A stretch of 61,618 bases of DNA, the filler included. It is 5 parts of 5 records of this genome, joined end to end, with 100 filler letters (N's around TTAATTAATTAA, not from the genome) between each part and the next. Parts side by side here need not be neighbours in the genome. Positions count along the whole stretch, not along the records: positions 37,722 to 55,308 come from SRR20825010_4441; 4 more parts are not named here. One strand, 5' to 3'. Of this stretch, positions 41,646-50,206 are shown one piece after another. Under the pieces are notes generated by a model. It searched no databases, was not told where the DNA came from, and was given only the letters and a program-made list of their open reading frames with translations. Within the stretch, counting starts at the first letter, position 1. Each line of letters opens with the position of its first letter. The position numbers were made by a program, and so were the translations under genes.

Positions 41646-43141
41646 GGCGTGCCTCCGTGGATCTGTTGGCTGCGAACAAGGACGGGAGCGTGCAACAGAC
41701 GTTTACGAATCAATGGCGTTGTTGCCAGCGAACGGTTTGTTTCAACGATCTCACGACTCGCGTCCAAAGATCGTGCACGCAACGTGTCCCAAGCAAGCTG
41801 TAAGTTTGACGAAGCATTGATGGTCGTCGGATTGATTTCCGCGAGGGAAAGTGGCGTGGCGTTGTTGATGCCATCGAAGCGAATCGTCGTGAACGCTACG
41901 ACATACCAAGGGCCCGTCGAATCAGGTATCTGTTTTGCGATCGGCAGAAACCAGTCGGTCATCAGTGGATCGCGTACGATCACAGGAGGAGACTCCGTCG
42001 CTATCGCTCCGATGTCGAACGGCTCCTCAACGGAAAGCAGTGAATTGAACGGGTAAGTGGGGGAGTCAAGATCTGCGACGCGGACTGCGGCGGTCGTAGC
42101 GGTCATGATTCCTTGTTCGCGATCTGTATGCGTGCCAACGTGGACAACAGGCTGTAGTCTTGCAATCGACTCACTACGCACTGCGATACCGCAGCCTTTC
42201 AACCCAAAGTCGAGTAGCGAGCCGCGACTCCAAAGATAGGTCAGTCGCTCGGCCGAAGTGCCTCCGGCGAGATCGTCTTCGCCAGTCCGACGGAGACGCA
42301 CCAAAACCGAATTCGCAACGTCGAAATCGGTTGGCTCGAACATTTTGCCTCGTCCGTATCCAACAGGTTGGCCTGGCAACGGGTTCAACTGAAATTCCTT
42401 CCAACATTCAGTGTTTTCACGACAATCACAGTACTTACCGAGCACGATGTCGCCTTCGAGATCGTTGTCGACATTCGGATCCAGCATCGGACGAACCGGA
42501 TCGCCGAGCGTGTCTCGATTGATCGTTTGGGAACTTTCAGGCTTGCCACTTCCGCCGAGGTTGTAGCCATCTTCGAGTTCGATGCGATGCGGCCCCCAAC
42601 TCTCGGACATCTCTGCGGCACGGTCGACGACGGCGATACGCGTCGTCGTTTGATCAGCACCCATCGCCAACTGCCACCCACCTTCCAACGCGGCCGCCTC
42701 CGAAACCGACTGCATGTGAGCCTGAGTCAGCCGAGCCATTCCGATATCGATCAACAGCCCCGCAATCGCGAACAACGCAAACAGCAAGATCACGATCAAA
42801 ATCAACACCGCTCCACCCCGAGTTTCTTTGACCCCTCCAGGGTCAAACACGCGAGTTGGTCGACGTCCCGGGGGTGCGCTACGCGACCCCCGGCTACCCT
42901 CTGTCACCGCTCCGCGGTGGGTTGAACTCACGCAATGAACCGCTCCGCAGCGCTCCCACCTCAACGATCCAGAAGGGATCAAAGACGGTAGCCGTGGGTC
43001 GCGAAGCGCACCCACGGATCGTGCGCCCCCAAACAACGCGCGACCCCGGAGGGGTCGAAGACATCCACCCCTCGCACCCGCAGACGACGACAACCAATTC
43101 GCCCCACAACTCCGGATACTTTTACCGACTTCCCACATCAT
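41642..43141 (-). CDS. tadG: TadG-like pseudopilin with a repeat-expanded leader
   Basis: RGG-AVLILIVILLFALFAIAGLLIDIG...MQSVSEAAALEG Tad N-terminal motif; ATGA overlaps with cpaB and cpaE. Confidence 0.75.
   Translation of the reverse strand: MMWEVGKSIRSCGANWLSSSAGARGGCLRPLRGRALFGGARSVGALRDPRLPSLIPSGSLRWERCGAVHCVSSTHRGAVTEGSRGSRSAPPGRRPTRVFDPGGVKETRGGAVLILIVILLFALFAIAGLLIDIGMARLTQAHMQSVSEAAALEGGWQLAMGADQTTTRIAVVDRAAEMSESWGPHRIELEDGYNLGGSGKPESSQTINRDTLGDPVRPMLDPNVDNDLEGDIVLGKYCDCRENTECWKEFQLNPLPGQPVGYGRGKMFEPTDFDVANSVLVRLRRTGEDDLAGGTSAERLTYLWSRGSLLDFGLKGCGIAVRSESIARLQPVVHVGTHTDREQGIMTATTAAVRVADLDSPTYPFNSLLSVEEPFDIGAIATESPPVIVRDPLMTDWFLPIAKQIPDSTGPWYVVAFTTIRFDGINNATPLSLAEINPTTINASSNLQLAWDTLRARSLDASREIVETNRSLATTPLIRKRLLHAPVLVRSQQIHGGTP
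42825..43061. repeat. Composite GTAG-REP element inside the tadG-like CDS
   Basis: REP units at 42868-42897 (-) and 42988-43017 (+); 18/20 terminal inverted repeats at 42825-42844 and 43042-43061. Confidence 0.85.
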
Positions 43142-44910
43142 TCCTGCCCCCGGAACAATTGGGACTGCGACGATCCACCGACATAAATATCGGTTTGCTT
43201 CGTGTCCGCGAGCGGATCGAATCGCATCGCGGTCACTCGGCCGGCGGGTTGCCGTTCGGAGAAAAGCTCCGTCGAATCGATTCGGCCTGACCGGACCGTT
43301 GCCCTCAAGTTCGATCCCACCGCGACGGCGTATTCCAAATGAGCGACTTGCTCGGGGCGGACCGCAACGATCAACTTCGGCGTGGGAGAATCCTTGGAGT
43401 CCTTTGATTTCCTGGCCGTTGGGTTGCCTGGCGATCGGCTCGGCATCATGACGATGACATCGTCGGCAATCGGTTCCACGCTGGTCCGCTGAGCATCGGT
43501 GAGCGTCACGTTGGCAAAGCCACCGCGACTGGCGCCACGTGGTTCATCGGCCGTCCGGCTCGCCACCAGATCCAGGTGCTGACCGAACTCGAATGCATCA
43601 CCACCGATGAGCCCCTCGGTATCCAAGAAGAACAAAACCCTTCCAGGAGGAGTTGCACCGGAAAGCCCCGCCATCGTGCCGACGGGCATCAAGTCACCTT
43701 CTTGGATTGGCACGGTCGCGGGAAGATCGTGACGAGGGATGCGTCCCACCAGCTTCGACAAATCAGTGATCCAATTGGATTGGCTCGCCGTCTCCGCAGG
43801 CACTTGTATCGTTCGCACGTAGGCCGTCGCTGGATCTTCGAAACTGGTCGGACGAATCGTTTGATAGGCCAACAACGTCTGACCTGGAATCGGAACGGCC
43901 ACCATGCCTTCGGGAACATTGGTCGACGGTTGATCCGTGTCGGGTCGTCCGCTGCGGACCAAGACGTTGACCGTTGCTCCCAGCTCCAACGCCGATGTGA
44001 CCGCGGAGACGTCTTCGGCGGCAACTGCCAACACGACTTCCTCGACCGGCACACTCAACAGACGTTTGCCCTGTGACAGCGAAGCCGATGTTTCGGTGCT
44101 GACTCGCTTGATGACCGGCGTCAGCACAACTGCTTGCCGAGCCACCAACCTGGCCGTTGTCTCTTTGTCTTGATCGCGACTGGCTCGTCCCGCATCCGCC
44201 ACCAGCTCCGCACCAGGCGAGTGGCTGCCGGTCGAAAACTCAAAGCGGCTGAGTTTTTGAAGCGGGATGTTCGCCACCAAGTCGATTTGTTCGCCCATGC
44301 TGATACGATGCACACCAGCAAGCTGAGCGGCTTCCAATGTCATCGCTCGCATGCCTGGCGGAGTCGCACCGGCCAAACCGGCTGGTGTCCCACGCTCGAA
44401 GAAGTTGGCTTCGGCGAACGCGAAGCCCGACGACTTATCGCTTTTGACGACTCGTCCAATGATGTCCGTCGCCTGCGTGTATGCACCACCCAATTTCACC
44501 AATTGGCGACTGGTGATGACCGATCCATCCTCGAGTTGCAAAACAATCTTATCGTTGGTCCGCTGAGCGAGTTCAACTCGTTTGTCGATCATCACTCCAT
44601 CGCCATCCATAATCGTTGCACTCATACCGCCCAGTGACGTCAGCGGAATCTCGATTCCTTGAATGCCGCCCGTACGTGGATCGATCAAGTCGTTCCGAGT
44701 GACTTTGCTGTAGGCGGGAATCGTCTGCCAGTTCATCGGCAGTGAAATGGAATCAGGCCGGGTCTCTTCGACCCGCCAAAACGCGAGCCGTTCCATGGGG
44801 ACACCAGATGCCCACAGGGAAGCGATCAAGCCACCGCCGAGAACCAAGACGACCAGCAGCAACGCCAGCAGGATTTTGAATGTCCCAAAAGATGATTTTT
44901 GTTTTCGCAT
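43138..44910 (-). CDS. cpaB: CpaB/RcpC-like protein with two tandem SAF-RcpC modules
   Basis: N-terminal TM; repeated motifs IIGRV/LVGRI, AGLAGATPPG/AGLSGATPPG, GEQIDLVA/GQHLDLVA, VRSGR twice. Confidence 0.75.
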   Translation of the reverse strand: MRKQKSSFGTFKILLALLLVVLVLGGGLIASLWASGVPMERLAFWRVEETRPDSISLPMNWQTIPAYSKVTRNDLIDPRTGGIQGIEIPLTSLGGMSATIMDGDGVMIDKRVELAQRTNDKIVLQLEDGSVITSRQLVKLGGAYTQATDIIGRVVKSDKSSGFAFAEANFFERGTPAGLAGATPPGMRAMTLEAAQLAGVHRISMGEQIDLVANIPLQKLSRFEFSTGSHSPGAELVADAGRASRDQDKETTARLVARQAVVLTPVIKRVSTETSASLSQGKRLLSVPVEEVVLAVAAEDVSAVTSALELGATVNVLVRSGRPDTDQPSTNVPEGMVAVPIPGQTLLAYQTIRPTSFEDPATAYVRTIQVPAETASQSNWITDLSKLVGRIPRHDLPATVPIQEGDLMPVGTMAGLSGATPPGRVLFFLDTEGLIGGDAFEFGQHLDLVASRTADEPRGASRGGFANVTLTDAQRTSVEPIADDVIVMMPSRSPGNPTARKSKDSKDSPTPKLIVAVRPEQVAHLEYAVAVGSNLRATVRSGRIDSTELFSERQPAGRVTAMRFDPLADTKQTDIYVGGSSQSQLFRGQE

Positions 44911-44931
44911 GATGGACTGTTGTCTTCACAT

Positions 44932-44985
44932 TGGGATAGGCTTCCAGCCTGTCAATCGCGAACGACAGGCTGGAAGCCTATCCCA
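44932..44985. repeat. REPIN-like inverted repeat pair
   Basis: TGGGATAGGCTTCCAGCCTGTC, 10 nt spacer, GACAGGCTGGAAGCCTATCCCA (22-bp perfect stem). Confidence 0.85.
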
Positions 44986-44988
44986 CAT

Positions 44989-46107
44989 TCATGGAGTCAA
45001 CGTTTCCTCGGAATCTTCAGTGGAGGGTAAAAACACTTCCCTGCGAAAAATGGCGTGCGAAACCAGCACTCGCCGGTACGGACGAATTCCGATCGCATCG
45101 CCTGTCAATTCGGGGCTGGTCATCGCTCCATGAATGCCGAGCCCATACTTACCCCCGTAAGTTCCTGCGTAGACCGATTCGCCAAGAGTGTTCTCAAACA
45201 CGAGTGGTTTGCTATCGAACAGCGTGCCCTTCATGGCTTCAGGATTGAGTGATTCGACGGCATCATCGTTGGCGACATTGGGGTCACCGCCGTTCGGCAC
45301 AAACGCACCACGGTCTTGATAGCTGCTCAACCAAGTCGACTGGGCGGGGTAGTGAACACGAAGTGCCACGACGCCCTTGTGTGGTTCAGGCTCCGTCGGA
45401 TCAAGTGGGTCGGCGGGAACCGCCGATTCATTGGTCAAAGAAAACGGATCTGGGTTGGCTCCCGAATCGTCGCCCGGCAATTCTTCTGTGTCGATTTCCT
45501 CGACCACACCAACCCAACGAATTCTCTCAGCACCACCACCGTTGTTGTGCCCCTCTTTTCTCTCGACAACGAGAGGGATCTGAACGACGTAATCGTCTGC
45601 GACATAGTCGGGATACTCGATCACCGACTCATCGGGCTCACCTTCAGAGCGTTCCAACAACGCACCGGGATACCGCATCAAACGACGATAGCCACGATCG
45701 TCATCATCGAGCGTTGGTATACGCTTATCGATAACATCGTCACGGATGTAGAGAACCGCCAACTGCTGATTCAACAGAGGCATGCGTGGAACCACATCTT
45801 GGAAAAAGTTGTAGTCAGGATTTTCCTCTTCCAGCTCATCCAAGTCGATCACCAACCAACGATCGTCATAGACACGACGGCGGACAATTTCTTGGTCGAG
45901 TGCATCCTCGAACGTCTCATCAAATGGCAGCGGCGTTTGCGAAAGCTCACGGGCGCCCACATTGGCCGCTTGTTGAATTTGCCCCGCCGCGTAGATCCAA
46001 ATCCCAAACGTGATCGCGCCACCGATGAGCATGTACAGCACCAACGCGACGAGCCCAAACTCGACGAGTGCTTGACCGGATCGTTTGTGGCAGCGACTTC
46101 GCATCAC
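44989..46107 (-). CDS. tadE: TadE-like pseudopilin with a large acidic C-terminal domain
   Basis: KRSG-QALVEFGLVALVLY...AANVGAR prepilin motif. Confidence 0.8.
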   Translation of the reverse strand: MMRSRCHKRSGQALVEFGLVALVLYMLIGGAITFGIWIYAAGQIQQAANVGARELSQTPLPFDETFEDALDQEIVRRRVYDDRWLVIDLDELEEENPDYNFFQDVVPRMPLLNQQLAVLYIRDDVIDKRIPTLDDDDRGYRRLMRYPGALLERSEGEPDESVIEYPDYVADDYVVQIPLVVERKEGHNNGGGAERIRWVGVVEEIDTEELPGDDSGANPDPFSLTNESAVPADPLDPTEPEPHKGVVALRVHYPAQSTWLSSYQDRGAFVPNGGDPNVANDDAVESLNPEAMKGTLFDSKPLVFENTLGESVYAGTYGGKYGLGIHGAMTSPELTGDAIGIRPYRRVLVSHAIFRREVFLPSTEDSEETLTP

Positions 46108-46143
46108 TTCGCGCTCTTCAACATGGAAACGATCCCCTTGGAA

Positions 46144-46569
46144 TCAGACGAGGAAGTGAACGAAACCGACGTAGCCAATGAACCCCGCCGCGATGGCGGG
46201 CACGTAGGCGTAGTCTCGCTCGCCGCGAAGCATCGCGATGAGAGAGAGCACGCCACCGGCGATGGCCATTCCAAACAACACAATCAAAATCCCAACTGGT
46301 CCGACCAACATCCCCAAAGCAATGATGAGTTTGCCATCGCCGCCACCCAGCTTTGCAAATCGAAACAAGGCATATGCGATGGCAAGTCCGACCATTCCGC
46401 CGGCCAGTACCCAAAAGATTGACAACCCAAGCAAGCCAACCAACGAACTTGCGATCGCAACCGTACCGATCAATACGGAGATCCAATCAGGGATCTCGCG
46501 AGTACGCAAATCATGCAAGCAGGCCCAAACCAACAAGCAAGCGCTCATCGATGCGATCAACAAAAACAT
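46144..46569 (-). CDS. cpaA: Prepilin peptidase CpaA/TadV (A24)
   Basis: HDLRTREIPD, LGGGDGKL, YVPAI. Confidence 0.9.
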   Translation of the reverse strand: MFLLIASMSACLLVWACLHDLRTREIPDWISVLIGTVAIASSLVGLLGLSIFWVLAGGMVGLAIAYALFRFAKLGGGDGKLIIALGMLVGPVGILIVLFGMAIAGGVLSLIAMLRGERDYAYVPAIAAGFIGYVGFVHFLV

Positions 46570-46582
46570 TCGGAACCACCAA

Positions 46583-46638
46583 GTGGCATAGGCTTCTAGC
46601 CTGTGGGACAGGACACACAGGCTGGAAGCCTATGCCAC
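46583..46638. repeat. REPIN-like inverted repeat pair (family of 44932)
   Basis: GTGGCATAGGCTTCTAGCCTGTG, 10 nt spacer, CACAGGCTGGAAGCCTATGCCAC. Confidence 0.85.
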
Positions 46639-46653
46639 ATCAAAACAGATAGA

Positions 46654-46686
46654 CCACTCGCGGCGAGCGTGACTCGCCGCGGGTGG
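46654..46686 (-). terminator. GC-rich hairpin downstream of flp (partial terminator or mRNA stabiliser)
   Basis: CCACTCGCGGCGAG-cgtga-CTCGCCGCGGGTGG; weak U-tract on the minus strand. Confidence 0.5.
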
Positions 46687-46723
46687 CTGAAGTATCTACT
46701 TAGCTTTGCGAAGCAAAATCAAA

Positions 46724-47068
46724 CTATGGGGTAGGACCGCCTGATTCGAAGATCAAACCGCCGAAATCAGTTGGAGCGTCCAAGCCCACATTGGCGCCCA
46801 AACGCTCCCCACCGCTGGCGATTGTGGCTGCATCAAGCTCGATTCCTCCTTCAGCCCCAACTGTTGTTTCGATGAGTTTTCCACTCGTAAATGGAGCGTT
46901 GTCATCATCGTGTGCACCCGGCAGAATCGCTGCGGTTGCACCGATCAAATCGCTGGTCTTGTGACCAAACACTGAGATCGCAGCGGCACAAATCAAAGCC
47001 ACACCGGCGATGATCAAACCGTACTCAACCAGGCCTTGGCCCTTCTTGTTACTAAAGAACTTACGCAT
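46724..47068 (-). CDS. flp: Flp-family major pilin with C-terminal extension (114 aa)
   Basis: MRKFFSNKKG-QGLVEYGLII Flp motif; AAGGA upstream of ATG 47068. Confidence 0.9.
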   Translation of the reverse strand: MRKFFSNKKGQGLVEYGLIIAGVALICAAAISVFGHKTSDLIGATAAILPGAHDDDNAPFTSGKLIETTVGAEGGIELDAATIASGGERLGANVGLDAPTDFGGLIFESGGPTP

Positions 47069-47189
47069 TTTGTTTTCCTTTGAGAAAACGGGTTTCAGAA
47101 AAATGTTTTGCCGCCTGACCAAAGGTTCCGCGTGACCAATGCAGGCATGTGCGGCGGCGACGAACAAACCGCACACGATGTCTTTTCTT

Positions 47190-47246
47190 CGTGGTGGACG
47201 AGGCAACGAGGCCTGAGCAAGAGGACTCGTTGCCTCGTCCACTACG
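47190..47246. repeat. GTAG-type REPIN (another family)
   Basis: CGTGGTGGACGAGGCAACGAGGCC, 9 nt spacer, GGACTCGTTGCCTCGTCCACTACG. Confidence 0.8.
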
Positions 47247-47295
47247 ATCTGTCTTGTATCAGGAGCCCCACCGCGCGAAGCACAACCGATCAGGT

Positions 47296-47306
47296 TTGGT
47301 CGGACC
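47296..47306 (-). promoter_or_regulatory. GGTCCGACCAA motif upstream of flp
   Basis: TTGGTCGGACC on +; identical 11-mer also at 47958, 49994 and 50188. Confidence 0.55.
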
Positions 47307-47413
47307 GATTGACCGATCGCACCGCCGCGCGGCGGGACGTATTGGGTCGTGAGTCCAGTTGAATCAGCGCGCACCGATCAACAGCGAGCACCAAGACAAA
47401 CGAGGTGGAGAGC

Positions 47414-47469
47414 GTGAGATTGGCTTGCAAACCGTCATGTGTGGACGACAGGCTGGAAGCCATTCCCAC
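47414..47469. repeat. Degenerate REPIN (family of 44932)
   Basis: GTGAGATTGGCTTGCAAACCGTC ... GACAGGCTGGAAGCCATTCCCAC. Confidence 0.65.
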
Positions 47470-47485
47470 GGACAGAATGCAAAAC

Positions 47486-47914
47486 CTAAGCGGAGATCGC
47501 CGGTGGCCCGCGAGGCTGCGGGATCGAAAGAAGAGTCGCCAACAAAGGGCGAACAGCAGGGACGCTGGTGAGTTCCGATGCATACTCGGTCGGAAGAACA
47601 ACCACCAAGTCCCAAGTCACACCGACTGGGCTCGCCAATGATTGGCAAATCCCGCAGGTATCGTGATCGTGAGGTGCGTCTGAATCTTGCGAGTGAGGAA
47701 CCGTTTCCGAAGCATCTTTGGACGATGCATCTGATTCCGTCACATGGTGATGACACCCGTGCGGACAAACAGAAACTACGTCGCTGGCGTTGTCATCCGC
47801 ATGCGAATGGGACTCGCTATCACAGGTGGCCACATGCAACCAAGCCGGAGCGTGACCAAAAACGATCAAGCTGCAGAGCAGGCTAGCGACGAGGGGCCGG
47901 AACAGCGAAGTCAT
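47486..47914 (-). CDS. His-rich DUF2946-like protein 1 (CxxC and C-terminal RGPP)
   Basis: Hydrophobic N-terminus, CPHGCHHH, HDHDTCGICQS, PRGPPAISA-stop; ATG 47914. Confidence 0.8.
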   Translation of the reverse strand: MTSLFRPLVASLLCSLIVFGHAPAWLHVATCDSESHSHADDNASDVVSVCPHGCHHHVTESDASSKDASETVPHSQDSDAPHDHDTCGICQSLASPVGVTWDLVVVLPTEYASELTSVPAVRPLLATLLSIPQPRGPPAISA

Positions 47915-47955
47915 GAAAGCGACGTTCGATTCAGAGAGTTTTAAATTGTTGCAAA

Positions 47956-47977
47956 GTGGTCCGACCAAAGACGATTG
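47956..47977. promoter_or_regulatory. TGGTCCGACCA palindromic motif upstream of DUF2946-like gene 1
   Basis: GTGGTCCGACCAAAGACGATTG, 20/22 identical to 49992-50013. Confidence 0.65.
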
Positions 47978-48151
47978 CTGCCTAGTACGATGACTACACC
48001 CCATCCGTTCGTCAAGTTCATCGTCGAAAACTTTAAAATTTCGACGTTTTTACGCCGCACGTTCCTTGGTCACCATGTTGGGCCGTCAGCTCAAACCGGA
48101 CGTTGGCCAATCGTCTTTGCCTACCACTTGCTGCCACGTTGAATTCGGTGA

Positions 48152-49729
48152 TCAATCGCCGATGACAAACAACCGAGTGCCGGTTCGAACAATGATTTGC
48201 TCACCCGATGCCGCGACTCCGTACACAATCGGATCACGGGAGGAGGCCGCGGAGTTCTTCCGCCGTTCAGCGAAACTCTTGGCCATCGCATCGATCTCCT
48301 GCTCATCGAGCTTGCCATCGGCGTTGGTGTCGATTCGCCCGATCATGCCTCGAAACATCTCGGGAATTTCGTCGCCTTCCAAGACACCATCCCCGTTCTG
48401 ATCGCCGGCCTTGATCCGGGCGGCCATGCCTCCACCGGGACCTCCGGAAACTGGCGAAGCCTTTTCGCCACCACCATGTTGCCCACCATGCCCGTGCGAG
48501 CCACCGGGCTCACCCGAAAACTCCTGGTACGTTTCGGGCGTTGGCGGAGTGTCTTGATCCCACAACCAATTGCTGGCCAGCTTTCTGAACTCGGGCCCCG
48601 CAGCGATCACATGACACTGACCGTTCTTGCAAAAGAAGTAGAGCGTTCCATCGGAGACAATCGGAGTCGCCCAACAATCTCCATCGATCCGTTGGCGGTA
48701 GATGATCTCTCCGCTTTCCACGTCCAAGCAATGCAGAACATTGGCCTTGTTCAAGAAATACGCGTGCCCACTGGCAACGACCGGGCTGGCGTATTCGCAG
48801 ATCGCTTTGTCCGCACGCCAGGCAACATGAGGCTGTCCATTTTCGATTCTAGAAAGATCCAAACAGCAGTTGGACCGCACGTCCCCATCACCGGTAAACT
48901 CTGGCAATCGGGCGCCAATCAGCAACAAATTGCCAGCCAAAGTGGGCGAGGGCACCGAGTTGCCCTCCAGGCCATCGAGCGACCACAACACGTCGCCGTT
49001 GGACGCGTCATAGCCGGTCACGCTTCCTCCGCTGCTGACGATCAGTTGCTCCACGCCATTCACTTCAGCGACAATCGGTGACGACCAGGACTTCGACGAT
49101 TCGCGATCGACGGTCCACGACGACTTGCCCGTCCGTTTCTCGATGGCGGTCAAAAAAGATGGTCCACCATGCTCCAAATTGAGAAACAAATGGGTGGCGT
49201 TCTGGGCCAACGAAGCTCCCACACCGTGCGAATTGTCGAACTTGCCAGTCGATTTGGATACATCGCGAGCCCAAAGCAATTTGCCTTGCAGATCAACGGC
49301 AACCAAATCTCCCGTTTCGAAGAAGGCATACACTCCTTCGTCGTCCACCACTGGCGTGGGAGCCGCACGAGCGTTCATGTAATTGGATGGATGCCCGTGC
49401 GTGGATTCTTTGACATAGGTCCAACGAAGAGCCCCCGTCGCGAGATCGTGACATTGCACCAAGCAGGATTCTGACATCGAGCCTTTGACGCTGGTCGTGT
49501 AGACAGCGTCCTTGTGAACGATAGGAGCCGACTGCCCATATCCATCAAGCTCCCGCTGCCAAGCGATCCCTGAATCTCCGGCCCACTTTGTGGGAAGGGA
49601 GGCGGTTCCATGCGAGGAACCGCCGCCCCGAAAAGAGGTCCACTCGGCATGCGAGTTGGTTGTCAAAACCAAGGCGAATGGCACCACGCAAAGCGTCACC
49701 ATCGCGAAACAGATGTTGTTCCGTTCCAT
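48152..49729 (-). CDS. Secreted PQQ-like (BamB-type) beta-propeller with a Gly/His and EF-hand insertion
   Basis: Signal peptide, EWTSFRG, GQSAPIV, WSSPIV, YASPVV repeats; DQNGDGVLEGDE and DTNADGKLDEQE; ATG 49729 with AGGAAG upstream. Confidence 0.85.
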   Translation of the reverse strand: MERNNICFAMVTLCVVPFALVLTTNSHAEWTSFRGGGSSHGTASLPTKWAGDSGIAWQRELDGYGQSAPIVHKDAVYTTSVKGSMSESCLVQCHDLATGALRWTYVKESTHGHPSNYMNARAAPTPVVDDEGVYAFFETGDLVAVDLQGKLLWARDVSKSTGKFDNSHGVGASLAQNATHLFLNLEHGGPSFLTAIEKRTGKSSWTVDRESSKSWSSPIVAEVNGVEQLIVSSGGSVTGYDASNGDVLWSLDGLEGNSVPSPTLAGNLLLIGARLPEFTGDGDVRSNCCLDLSRIENGQPHVAWRADKAICEYASPVVASGHAYFLNKANVLHCLDVESGEIIYRQRIDGDCWATPIVSDGTLYFFCKNGQCHVIAAGPEFRKLASNWLWDQDTPPTPETYQEFSGEPGGSHGHGGQHGGGEKASPVSGGPGGGMAARIKAGDQNGDGVLEGDEIPEMFRGMIGRIDTNADGKLDEQEIDAMAKSFAERRKNSAASSRDPIVYGVAASGEQIIVRTGTRLFVIGD

Positions 49730-49991
49730 TGAAGTTCTTCCTGCATCGTTGGAGCTGAGCGGGCAAATCGCACCGCGTGAAAAAGGGGTTGACCGGCAGT
49801 ACTGAGCTGCCGGAGTGTTCAGATTCGCAACGCCATTGCCTGGCAGCACGAACGCCAATTCCAACATCGCGAGGCGTGATTCGCGTTCAGGCGGAAGCCC
49901 GGGTACGAGTCGCTTTGCAGCAAAAATGCGTAAGAAGTGGGTCGGAACATGACAGCCGCAAGGAGCGAAAAAGTCGACGAAGTCGTGTCAG

Positions 49992-50013
49992 GTGGTCCGA
50001 CCAAGGACAATTG
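49992..50013. promoter_or_regulatory. TGGTCCGACCA motif upstream of the beta-propeller gene
   Basis: GTGGTCCGACCAAGGACAATTG. Confidence 0.65.
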
Positions 50014-50185
50014 AAGAGTTTCGGTACGATTGCGACCGGAGCGAAATTCGTCAACCGTTTGAGATGAAATATGTGTGTGGTTTTCAAGCATGCTCCCATT
50101 TCTTGCACGGATCAAAATCGATCTGACGGACGCTGCGAACCTTTTCGATTGACAAGCCGTAACGTCGCGAGAACAATCATTGCAT

Positions 50186-50198
50186 CCTTGGTCGGACC
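50186..50198. promoter_or_regulatory. Same motif upstream of DUF2946-like gene 2
   Basis: CCTTGGTCGGACC is the exact reverse complement of GGTCCGACCAAGG at 49994-50006. Confidence 0.65.
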
Positions 50199-50206
50199 GT
50201 TGATTC

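Noticed and set aside
46294-46308. Fifth GGTCCGACCAA copy as a functional operator
   Set aside because: It lies within cpaA codons (LVGPV); it may be coincidental, so it is mentioned but not annotated
46724-47374. 216-aa version of the pilin ORF
   Set aside because: The extension crosses a REPIN and the regulatory motif; ATG 47068 has an SD and gives a normal Flp leader
49730-50200. A third leader peptide upstream of the propeller gene
   Set aside because: The ORFs here (49819-50292, 49887-50108) show no TM/CxxC/RxPP pattern
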